Assembly: GCA_951406725.2 (NCBI GenBank)
Contig: OX597835.1
Coordinates: 23,560,001-23,624,000, forward strand
Reading direction: 5' to 3'
DNA: 64,000 nt
Origin: Octopus vulgaris
Lineage: Eukaryota
The notes under the pieces were generated by a model. It was given only the letters and a program-made list of their open reading frames with translations. It did no database searches and had not been told where the DNA came from. Both the position numbers and the translations under genes were made by a program. Positions 28,070 to 38,565 of this stretch are shown here, piece after piece (the first letter of the stretch is position 1; each line of letters starts with the position of its first letter).

Positions 28070-28847
28070 AGATGTGGTGTGCAAGAGAGACGACTGTGCT
28101 GGTATGGTCATGTGGTGAGATTGGATGAGGATAGCTGTGTGTAAAAGTTCCACACCCTAACAGTTGAGGGAACTTGTGGAAGAGGTAGACCCAGGAAGAC
28201 CTGGGATGAAGTGGTAAAGCACGACCTTCGAACATTAGGCCTCACTGAGGCAATGACTAGTGACCAAGACTTTTGGAAATATGCTGTGCTTGAGAAGACC
28301 TGGCAAGTCAAGTGAGACCATAACCTCATGGCCTATGCCAGGGGTATAACCAGCCCACTTAAGCGTACCTTTCCTTCATTGGATACTAAACTCTGCTTGT
28401 GAAGACCTGTTGAGGCAAGTGAAATCGAAATCGAAATCAAATTTGATGACTGACATCCATGCTAGTGGAGCACTAAGAGCACCATCTGAGTGTGATCGTA
28501 ACCAGCGTTGCCTTACTGGCATGTGTGCCGGTGGCACATGAAAAAAACATTTGAGTGAGGTCGTTGCCAGTGCTGCTGGACTGGCTCCTGTGCATGTAGC
28601 ATGTAAAAAATACCACTTGAGCTTGGCCATTGCCAGTACCACCTGACTGGCCCTCGTGCCAGTGGCACGTTAAAGCACCCACTACACTCTCGGAGTGGTT
28701 GGTGTTAGGAAGGGCATCCAGCTGTAGAAACTCTGCCAGATCAAGATTGGAGCCTGGTACAGCCATCTGGTTCGCCAGTCCTCATTCAAATCGTCCAACC
28801 CATGCTAGCATGGAAAGCAGACGTTAAACAATGATAATGATGATGAT
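28070..28847 (+). mobile_element. RTE-clade LINE 3' end (same family)
   Basis: VQERRLCWYGHVVRLDEDSCV..GRGRPRKTWDEVVKHDL, followed by the same 3' UTR and (GAT)n tail. Further 3'-UTR fragments at ~12130-12680(-), 12730-13230(+), 20105-20408(-), 27640-27950(+), 54645-54853(+), 55780-56263(+), 61090-61420(-). Confidence 0.85.
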
Positions 28848-28921
28848 AATATATATAAAGACGTGCCAAAGCATGAATCTCTCAGACCTTATGTCATTTT
28901 TTCTTCTCCTAAATATTGATA

Positions 28922-28987
<66 letters not shown>

Positions 28988-29495
28988 GTATATGAATACA
29001 TGCAATGTTATTACCATTTCAAACACTCTGTAATAAATACATGTATGCTTGTTATTGATTGGTGTTAGTACTAAGTCAGCTGTGATTGGTCAGGTCTCAT
29101 GCTTAAAGGTGTTCCAGCTGTGATTTTTTCAGCATGTCTAGAATTACATTAACAAATGCATCCTTCTTTTTAAAACGGCAACGTGTGATTTGAGAGTAAT
29201 TTGACTGTTATTTTTAGCAGCTTGAGCAACAACAACAACATAGGGACGCTATTGTTAGTGTCAGTTTACATTAGTAATTTGTGTCATCATAAGAGTGATG
29301 CCACAAATAATTTAGTATTGGATTACTAGTATGTAATTAATATATATAGTGTAATTATATAAATTACATATAGAGTGTAATTATAAATAGGAGCTTAAAA
29401 TTCCTTTTCTGCTTCTCTAAGAAACTCCATGACGATAAAAATACCTTTTTTATGAAGGCAAAGAGAAAAACAATGAATCAACACAACCAGGATTA

Positions 29496-29558
29496 ATTAT
29501 ATACGCGTTTCGAGATTAAAGTAATTTAAATTTTACTTACTTCTGTCTTCAGTATAAT
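29496..29558 (-). ncRNA. Minimal type I hammerhead-like motif
   Basis: Minus strand reads attata-CTGAAGA-caga...tctc-GAAACGCGTA-tataat, with a palindromic ACGCGT stem III typical of PLE minimal hammerheads. Confidence 0.6.
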
Positions 29559-29771
29559 ATTTCCAATTTTCATAAGATTTGAAAGTGCTAAGGCTGAATA
29601 TGCACGAAATTGAGCGTTATCATGTAACAGATATCCAACCAACACTTCCAAAATCTACAGAGCTGAATGGGAATAAACTATTCAAACTCTATACCCACGT
29701 GTATGCTATGAGCAATACCGCAAAATTTCAACAAAATCAATAATTATAATTATAGTGTAATTAATATATAT

Positions 29772-30262
29772 ACCCTCCATCAGGCATTTGCCATATTCTG
29801 AACGCCTTACTTCCCTGGGCATGGACACATTGAAACTCCGTCTGGCAGCTGACTTGGCAGACACTCATAAAATTATCAACCATCTTACAAACAATAACTC
29901 TGAGCACCTTTTCAAACTCCACCCATCTAACACCCGTGGACATATTTACAAAGTCAGAAAACAGCGCAGCTCCCATGACTTTAGGAAACATTTTTTCACG
30001 CTGAGAGTTGCTGAAGCATGGAACAAACTGCCAGCATCGGTTGTTAGTTGTCGGAGCACTGCTTCCTTCAAAACTTCCATGCTTTCTGAGATTTGCCAAC
30101 ACTACACCTGATTTTCTCCCCTCCATACACACGCAAGCATGTATCTGACTCATAGATTGTTCGCTTTCCAGACACTTGTACATTACTGCATATACTTTAT
30201 ACGCACTTTCTGACAAGTTGTGGTGCACCTGAGCACTGTATACAATATTTTCATTATTATTT
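29772..30262 (+). mobile_element. CR1-like LINE 3' end
   Basis: PYSERLTSLGMDTLKLR..ADL...HKI...TRGH.YK......RKHFFTLRVAEAWNKLPASVV, followed by an (ATT)n tail. Confidence 0.85.
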
Positions 30263-30274
30263 TATTTTTATATA

Positions 30275-30822
30275 GTGAAGCACATGGCTCAGTGGTTGGA
30301 GCGTCAGTTTTGCAATAATAGGATATTATCAACATATATATATAGACATTATATATATATATATTTTTTTTTTTTTTATTATTAATATTTAGCAGAAGAA
30401 AACATGACACAAGGTCTGAGAGATTCATGCTTTGGCACTTCTTTATATATATCATCATCATCATTATCATCGTTTAACGTCTGTTTTCCATGCTAGCATG
30501 GGTTGGACAATTTGCAATAATAGGATAATGAGTTTGATTCCCAAACTGGGCTGTGTGTTGTGTTCTTGAGCAAGACACTTTATTTCACATTGCTCCAGTT
30601 CACTCAGCTGTAGAAATGAGTTGTGATGTCCACTGGTGCCGAGCTGTTTCGGCCTTTGCCTTTCCCTAGGATAACCTCAGTGGTATGTGGAGAGGGAAGC
30701 CTGATATACATGGGTGACTGCTGGTCTTCTATAAACAACCTTGCCTGGATTTATGCCTCAGAGGGTAAGTTTCCAGGTTGTAATCCCATGGTCATTCATG
30801 GCTGAAGGGAGTTGTTACCCAT
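30275..30822 (+). mobile_element. tRNA-derived SINE family D, interrupted by an insertion
   Basis: Head gaagcacatggctcagtggtt, CORE-like tgtgttcttgagcaagacactttatttcacattgctccag. Another copy at ~63600-63938(-). Confidence 0.65.
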
Positions 30823-30979
30823 TACCACTTATACATATAATGTCAACATCGCTTGACAACTGATGCTGGTGTGTTTGCACTTACAAGACTAAGTCCTGGA
30901 GTCGATTTGCTCAACAAAAGGCAGCGCTGCAGCATGGCCACAGTCAAATGACTGAAACAAATAAAAGAATGAAAGAATA

Positions 30980-31380
30980 TAGGAGTGGCTGTGTGGTAAA
31001 TAGCTTGCTAACCAACCACATGGTTCCGGGTTCAGTCCCACTGCGTGGCATCTTGGGCAAGTGTCTTCTGCTATAGCCCCGGGCTGACCAATGCTTTGTG
31101 AGTGGATTTGGTAGACGGAAACTGAAAGAAGCCTGTCGTATATATGTATGTATGTATATATATATGTATGTTTGTGTGTCTGTGTTTGTCCCCCCAGCAT
31201 CGCTTGACAACCGATGCTGGTGTCCCCGTAACTTAGCGGTTCGGCAAAAAAGACCGATAGAATAAGTACTGGGCTTACAAAGAATAAGTTCCGGGGTCGA
31301 TTTGCTCGACTAAAGGTGGTGCTCCAGCATGGCCGCAGTCAAATGACTGAAACAAGTAAAAGAGTAAAAGAGTAAAGAGT
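30980..31380 (+). mobile_element. SINE family A copy (intronic)
   Basis: Collinear with 384-780. Confidence 0.85.
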
Positions 31381-31972
31381 ATATTGATAGATAGATGTAT
31401 TTAAATAGATAGATAGATTGATAGATGATGCATTTCTGTGTAATGTAGTTTTGTGTTTAAATGCTCCACACAGATGTAGATTTTACAACCGAAGTCCTGT
31501 GAATAGAATCTAATTGCACTTCAAATAGATTTTTTCATCTAATGAGAATCACATGAAATGTTTAGTCAAATTGTATAGAGTTAAAAGTATACTTATATAT
31601 GTATATCTGTCTATATATATTTATATATATCCATATGTATGTATGTATGTATCTATGTATTTCTAGTTACACACACACACACACACACATCATCATCATC
31701 ATCATCATCTTGAGTGTATATTTGACTGACAAGACACTAAGAGAATAAGTACCAGGCCTTAAGAAAATTAGTACCAGAGTGGATTCATTCCATTAAAAAT
31801 TCTTCACTGTTGTGCCCCAGCATGGCCACAGTCTAATGACTGCTGAAAGAAGTAAAAGATATATATATATATGTATATTTGTTTGTATGTATGTATGTAT
31901 GTATGTATGTATGTATGTATGTATATATATATATATATATACGCGAGAAAGAAGCAACAAGAATGGATAGGT

Positions 31973-32063
31973 TTTTAGTACAATCGTTTCATACAAGGAC
32001 AGGCTTTATTAAAAGTTGCAAAAATTACAGCATATAAACGTGTCCTGTACTCATCAGCTAAAA
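31973..32063 (-). ncRNA. Type I hammerhead ribozyme motif, second pseudo-LTR copy
   Basis: Reverse-complement copy of 34140-34230. Stem III loop reads GATT instead of GAAT. Confidence 0.75.
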
Positions 32064-33528
32064 TACATGTGAGTTCTCTAGACATCCTATTGGTTGAGGC
32101 TATACTCATGAAGTAGATAATTAAGTAACATAAACAGATTTCCAAAGTTCATTAAAGTTCTTTAAAGATGATGTGCAGTCTTATCACAGAATTTTAAAAA
32201 AAGTTTTAACAGCATCACAGAGAAGGTGACCTAATCCATAGTGCACATATGAATTTCCAGAGATATGATGAGGGATTACATACTCACAGACGACAAATTT
32301 ATCCATTGTTAATCACAACGAGGTGGGTCTCAATTCCTGCTTATTAGCATTACAGAGAGGGTGAATTAATCCTTTGTATAGATGCACAATTTCCAATGGT
32401 GTAGATGTAAATTTCCAGAGAAATGAAGAGGAATTTCATATTCACAGGCGATAAATTTATCAATGGTTGAACACAATGAGGTAGGTATCAATTCTTGTTA
32501 TATGATTAGGTATTTGCCACATTAATCACATTACTGCTACTTACAAGAGGCTGTAGCTATTTAACTTTTAAAGGCTGAAGGGCTTTCTAGAGAGGCAAAG
32601 AATAGAAAAGGGGAGGGAATAGAAGAAAAGAGAGAAAATAAAGGAGGAGGGAGCAAAAAAGGGGGGGAGAGGGACTAAAAGAGAAGAGAAAAGGAAAAAG
32701 AGAATAGGAAGAAGAAAAAGAAAAAAGAGAAAAGAGAAAGAAATAGGGAAAGAAGGGAAAAAAAGAAAAAAGAAAAAGAAAAAAAAGAGGGTTCTAGTTA
32801 TACAGAAGAATTAGCAGACGGCAAGTCTGGTTTTAATTTACAGGCATCTAGGAACTAGAGGAGAATATTATTCTTTGACCAGTAAAACAGCTAATTTATT
32901 GCTGTTGAAATCAGCTATGAATTTAAAGAGAATCTAAAGAGATAACACAGTCAGGGGTTTAGGGGTCAGATGCTAAAATCAAAAGAAAATACATTAGGAA
33001 AATCTAAGTATAATCTTATCAAAAAGTCATTAAAGTTTACTTATTTAATTTATTCATTATATTGTCCTAAGGAGTTGCCTTTATTATTCATACATTGACG
33101 GACTACAGGTCAAATCTTAGAAGATCATTTACAAGGTGTTAGGGGATTGTCTATCATAATGAAGATAATCATATTATCACCGAGGGAGTAGCCTTATTTA
33201 TTTAATTTTGAAATAGAATTATGGGGCTATAGTAACTCATTTTATTTTATTAGAGTTATGCTACTTAAATTAGATTAAGTTAGGAATTAAAATTACAAAT
33301 TACAATTAAGATTTAAAATTAAGAATTTAAAATTATGAGTTTGAAATTAAATAAAGCCTCAATTAAGCAGCGTATAAGTACTATTCATTTCCCTGTTCTC
33401 AAAAAAAACTGATGCAGATATAAGGAAAAAGATAACTGTAGTGTGAGAACTCTTAGTTATCTACTTAAAGCAGTGTTATACTAGTAGAAATCAAGTTATA
33501 TCTATCTATCTAGTTACGAATATTCTAA

Positions 33529-33954
33529 TCATTTAAAATATTTTAAAGTCTTCAATTTAGCATGGACACAAACTTGACCTAGTTCGATATGGTTATTCAA
33601 TAAGTTTCTATGTTTTCTATGCTTTAGAATTTCATACGTCTCCATGGAGCATAGTTGGCAACCAACCCTACTATTTTTGTACGGAATTGCTCTCCTAACT
33701 ATTTCCCAATTAAGGTTATAATTATTATTATTATTTTTGAGTTCCCAGATTTTGTTTGAAAGTGTGGTGGTACCAGCTTTATGACGTAATTTAAAAGACG
33801 AGATGTGATTTCTAACTCTAGAAAGAAAATTAATTGTACATCCAATGTAAAAATATTTGTTATTCCCCGTGGATATGGTACATTTATAGATTACATTATT
33901 TTCCCCACATAGACTGTGAGTATGTAATCCCTCATCATATCTCTGGAAATTCAT
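33529..33954 (-). CDS. GIY-YIG endonuclease domain of a Penelope-like element (141 aa ORF)
   Basis: VIYKC...YIGCT..F..R..NH..SF, TTLSNKIWELK, WEIV.RA.PY, CQLC..E...IL, LLN, C.H: the PLE-type GIY-YIG signature. No internal stops. Confidence 0.75.
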   Translation of the reverse strand: MNFQRYDEGLHTHSLCGENNVIYKCTISTGNNKYFYIGCTINFLSRVRNHISSFKLRHKAGTTTLSNKIWELKNNNNNYNLNWEIVRRAIPYKNSRVGCQLCSMETYEILKHRKHRNLLNNHIELGQVCVHAKLKTLKYFK

Positions 33955-34139
33955 ATGTGCACTATGGATTAGGTCACCTTCTCTGTGATGCTGTTAAAAC
34001 TTTTTTTAAAATTCTGTGATAAGACTGCACATCATCTTTAAAGAACTTTAATGAACTTTGGAAATCTGTTTATGTTACTTAATTATCTACTTCATGAGTA
34101 TAGCCTCAACCAATAGGATGTCTAGAGAACTCACATGTA

Positions 34140-34230
34140 TTTTAGCTGATGAGTACAGGACACGTTTATATGCTGTAATTTTTGCAACTTTTAATAAAGC
34201 CTGTCCTTGTATGAAACGAATGTACTAAAA
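34140..34230 (+). ncRNA. Type I hammerhead ribozyme motif in the pseudo-LTR
   Basis: Stem I ttttag/ctaaaa, core CTGATGA (34146-34152), stem II gtac-aggaca...tgtcct-tgtat, then GAAAC-gaat-GTA. Predicted cleavage after 34224. Confidence 0.75.
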
Positions 34231-34379
34231 ACCTATCCATTCTTGTTGCTTCTTTCTCGCTTATAATCACCCCACATTACTGTATTGTTAAAACAGTATA
34301 GTTTTTTTTGGTGCATCTAAGTTAGGTACCATATTCAAGTAAATTCATTTAAATTAACTTGAATCTTTATTGCTTTTTG

Positions 34380-34415
<36 letters not shown>

Positions 34416-34688
34416 TATATATACACACATATATATATATATATACATATACATACATACATATATATATATACATATATATAGTTAATCCAAACATGAA
34501 AACACAAAGAGAAAACACAACAACGCGAGGACGTGGAACAAGTATAGTATTATTGGATGCTCAGGAAGGAAGGGAAGAAGGAGAGTTTAACGTTTCGAGC
34601 GGAGCTCTTTGTCGGAAACATAGGAGAAGGAAAGATCCAGAGAAGGGAAGACAGAGGAAAAAAAATCACCAACGGTACACAAGCGGTC

Positions 34689-34845
<157 letters not shown>

Positions 34846-36555
34846 GTGTGTGTGTGTGTCAGTGTTTGTGCGATGTAAAAAGCTTCCAGTTTACACTGTA
34901 GAGTGGTTGGCATTTGGAAGGGCATCCAGCTGTAAAAACCATGCCAAAACTGACCTCACCCGTGCTGGTGCCATGTAAAGAGCACTCAGTCTACTCTGCT
35001 GAGTGGTTGGTGTTAGGAAGGGTATCTAGCTGTAAAAACCCTGCCAAAACAGACACAGTAGCCTGGGTTAGTCTTCTTCTACCTGGCCAGTTCCTGTCAA
35101 ACTGTCCAACCCATGCCTGCTTGGAAGTTGGACATTAAATGATGATGATGATGACGATGCTGATGATGATGATGATGAGGATGATATCTGTATGTATTTA
35201 TGAATGTTGGTGCGGATGTATTTGATGAATATTGCAGCAAATAAATTAATTGATGCTGCATCAGAATACAGACACATATGCACACACACACACACACATA
35301 GCTATCCTTTTATTCTTTATACCAATTACTGGACTGTGGCCATGTTGGAGCAACATCTTGGAGAGTTTGGCTGATTAATCTGACCCCAGTACTCATTTTG
35401 AGTTTGACCCTTATTCTATTGTTCTCTTCACCACCACCACTGCTTGACAATTGGTGTTGTCGTGTTTATTTCCCCGTGACTTAGTGGTTTGGCAAAAAGA
35501 GACCGATGGAACAAGTGCTAGGTTTATAAGAAAAGAAAAGCCCTGGGGTCGATTTGTTAAGCTGAAATCCTTCAAGGCAGTGCCCCAGTATGGGCGCTGT
35601 CAAATGACTGAAACAAGTAGGAGAGAGAGAGAGGGGGGGCAGAGAGAGAGAACGATGATGATGATGATGACGATGATGACAACAACGACGACGAGGAAAA
35701 CAGAATTTGGCATAATTTAGTTCTTCGTTAAAGTTTTAGTACTGCCTTCAGAAATATTTCAAAGCTTGGCATTTTGTTATTTGTTTCTGTTTTTTTTTTT
35801 TTTTATTTTGTTTTGTTTTTATGAGCTCCGCTCACTGGACTTCATTTTAACAGCTGCTACTTATTTGATCAATGTCATAAAGATGAAAGGCAAAGTCAGT
35901 CTGGGGAAGCAATAACGACACTACACTCGCCGGCCGCCGCGTAGTGCTTTTTGTGGTTTACCATTGTGCGATGCCGGGAGAGCATGTGCGGATGATAGAC
36001 AAAGTTCACTTCATTATGACTGGAACTTTGAATGTACAGGAAATAAACCAAATACAACCAGAAGATATTTTGTTTGACACTCAACCAATTCTGCCCACCA
36101 CCAGCCATTTTTTGTTGTTGATTCAATGGGGTTTTTTTTAGCTGTGTTTTTCTCTTTTCCTTATTCATGTATTTATGTATTTACATGTGAAGACATGTGG
36201 CTTAGTGGTTAAGGTATTCGGTTCACAATCGTAAGGTTGTGAGTTCAATTCCTAGCAACACATTGTATCCTTCAGCAAGACACTTTGTTTCCTGTTGCTC
36301 CAGTCCACTCAGCTGGCAAAAATGAGTAGTACCTATTCCATTGATCAAATTAAACCCTCATTGTTGTAGCTGACGGAGTGCCATGTATATATATATATAT
36401 ATATATATATATCATCGTCATCATCATCGTTCAACGTCCACCTTCCATGCTGGCATGGGTTGGATGGTTTGACTGAGGGGTGGCAAACCAGAAGGCTGCA
36501 CCAGGCTCCAATCCGATCTGGCAAAGTTTCTACAGCTGGATGCCCTTCCTAACGC

Positions 36556-36622
<67 letters not shown>

Positions 36623-37234
36623 GGAGACCAAAAGTGTACATACGCTGCTATATGTATATAAAAAAAAAAAAATGGAACAAGTATATAACAGGCAATCCTT
36701 TTACTCCCTACCTCTCTCTTCTCTTTCCACATGACTGGTGTCCGGCCAAGCCTGACCTTTCTTTCTTGGTTCGACTACCATCTGTGTAGCATCTCTTATA
36801 TTCCTTCCCATGACTTTCATCTCTTATGTCCCTGCCATAAGGCTTCACTTCCACACATGCCAGCTTAATTTAATTCGTCCTTAGTCGAAAGACACCTATT
36901 GTTAATGTCTTGCTGTTTGTATTTGTATTTGTGTAACATTTCTCCGTTTATTTTTTCGTCCTTGTTTTCATATGCATTCGCTTGCTTTCTTCCAAAGAAC
37001 TTAGTGCTCTTAGCTTAGATTTTCTTGGAGCCGGCCAGATTAGAGCAGTCGCAAGAGTAACCGGCCAAAACTGCAAAGACAATCTGGTACTTGACTGAAG
37101 ATTGAAAGCTCCAAATGACCCATCCTTGTTTTTTCCTGTCCTTTTTTTTTATCATCTAACTATTCGAATGTTTTGTTGTCGCCTGTTACATTCTTGTTCC
37201 ATTTTTGTTTTTGTTTTATATATATGTATGTATG

Positions 37235-37313
<79 letters not shown>

Positions 37314-37519
37314 TAAAACTTACTTGGAAGAGGATGTGTGGTGTTCAATCATATAATAATATAAATAGTATATATATATATATATTATTTATATTATTAT
37401 TATATATATGTATGTATGCATGTATGTATATGTGTGTGTGTATGTATGTATTTCCTTTTCATAATTTTGTCTGTTTATGCATTTATTTAATTACTTATCT
37501 GTTTCTTTTTTTCTTTTAG

Positions 37520-38565
37520 ATTATAACCCAAAACATCATTATGATTCCTCAGAAATAATTCTGTCTTACTGCGTTGCTCACTTTCATTCTGGAAATACCA
37601 ATTTCCACAAGAGGAAATCAGTGCAGAAATCTATTGGGAAAACCTTCCAGCTCTGTGTTTCTCAAATTCTTATCACTCCTAATATTCTTGCTGCTTTGGT
37701 TAATCTTTCTGAAGAAGAATTGGAAATCTATGGCGAATCAGAACTTGGCAGTCCTTGTGGAAAAGAAGAAGAAGAAGAAGAAGAGGAACAAGAGTTCACT
37801 GTTGTTGGCAAAAAATCACACCAAGGTAAGAAAGGGAAAAAATCTAAAACTGAAAATGTTTTGTCTGAAGAATCAATGGAAATTCTAAAACAAGCTGTTG
37901 AAGACAAACTTCAGTGTGTTTTGTCTCAGATAACACCAGGCGTGGGTTTTAATCGTCCTGGAAAGCAAAATCTGAAAGAAGCAGAATTTGGAAGTAATGC
38001 AGAGAAGAAATCTATTGACGTTTGTAATTTATTAACTGAAAATGACCGAGACAGCTTGAGCCAAGTCAGTAATTCCAGTCGACAGACATCTAAGGAAAAT
38101 AATGAGAACAGTCAAAACCTTGGCAGGTTGAATTCTAATGCAGACGAAATTCCAGTGCTAGGAGGAAATAGTTCTAAAGGAGACCAACTGGAAGAAATTA
38201 GAAATGCTGGTGAGGTTACAGAGGCAAGACAAGAAGATGAAGATACTCAAAAGGATACAGTCCAAAGTGGTCAATTTCAAACTGATTTTGAAACTAAATG
38301 TGAACCAACAAAGAACAATGTGAACACTACAAAGGGTCGGAATGCTTATATTTTATTGGCCAGTCGAGATAAAATAGACTTTAATGAAATTTCGAAAGAG
38401 ATAAGAAAAGTTTCAGAGTTGAAAGATGAGAAAGAAGGAAACCGGAAGCAATTTTTGAAATTTTCTACTGACAATGCTCAAGGTTTCTATTTTGGAAAAG
38501 AGACTCTTTTAATGAATTTAACAAAATATATATATTTGGATAGCATTTATGCATGTCAGTATTAA
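37520..38565 (+). CDS. CNPase-like protein, coding exon 2 (terminal): 2H phosphoesterase-like domain with a large acidic insertion
   Basis: Polypyrimidine tract and acceptor ttcttttag at 37519. The phase matches exon 1 (G|AT = Asp). KSIGKTFQLCVSQILITPNILAALVNLSEEEL aligns with CNPase [42 protein letters not shown] with RGSRAHITLG, and the C-end LMNLTKYIYLDSIYACQY with MLTLAKNMEVRAIFTGYY. Open for 1046 nt to TAA. Confidence 0.88.

Larger units (their letters stand above)
31943..34379 (-). mobile_element. Penelope-like retroelement remnant with inverted pseudo-LTRs, GIY-YIG endonuclease, no RT
   Basis: 347-bp inverted repeat 31943-32289 / 33914-34260, a hammerhead motif in each arm, GIY-YIG ORF at 33529-33954. 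Flanked by (TA)n on both sides. Confidence 0.85.

Noticed and set aside
37477-37519. ATG start of the 362-aa ORF as a separate gene
   Set aside because: This is the polypyrimidine tract and acceptor; the ORF is exon 2.
37567-38349. Restoration of the catalytic His by RNA editing
   Set aside because: TAY to CAY needs U-to-C. A-to-I editing would give Cys.
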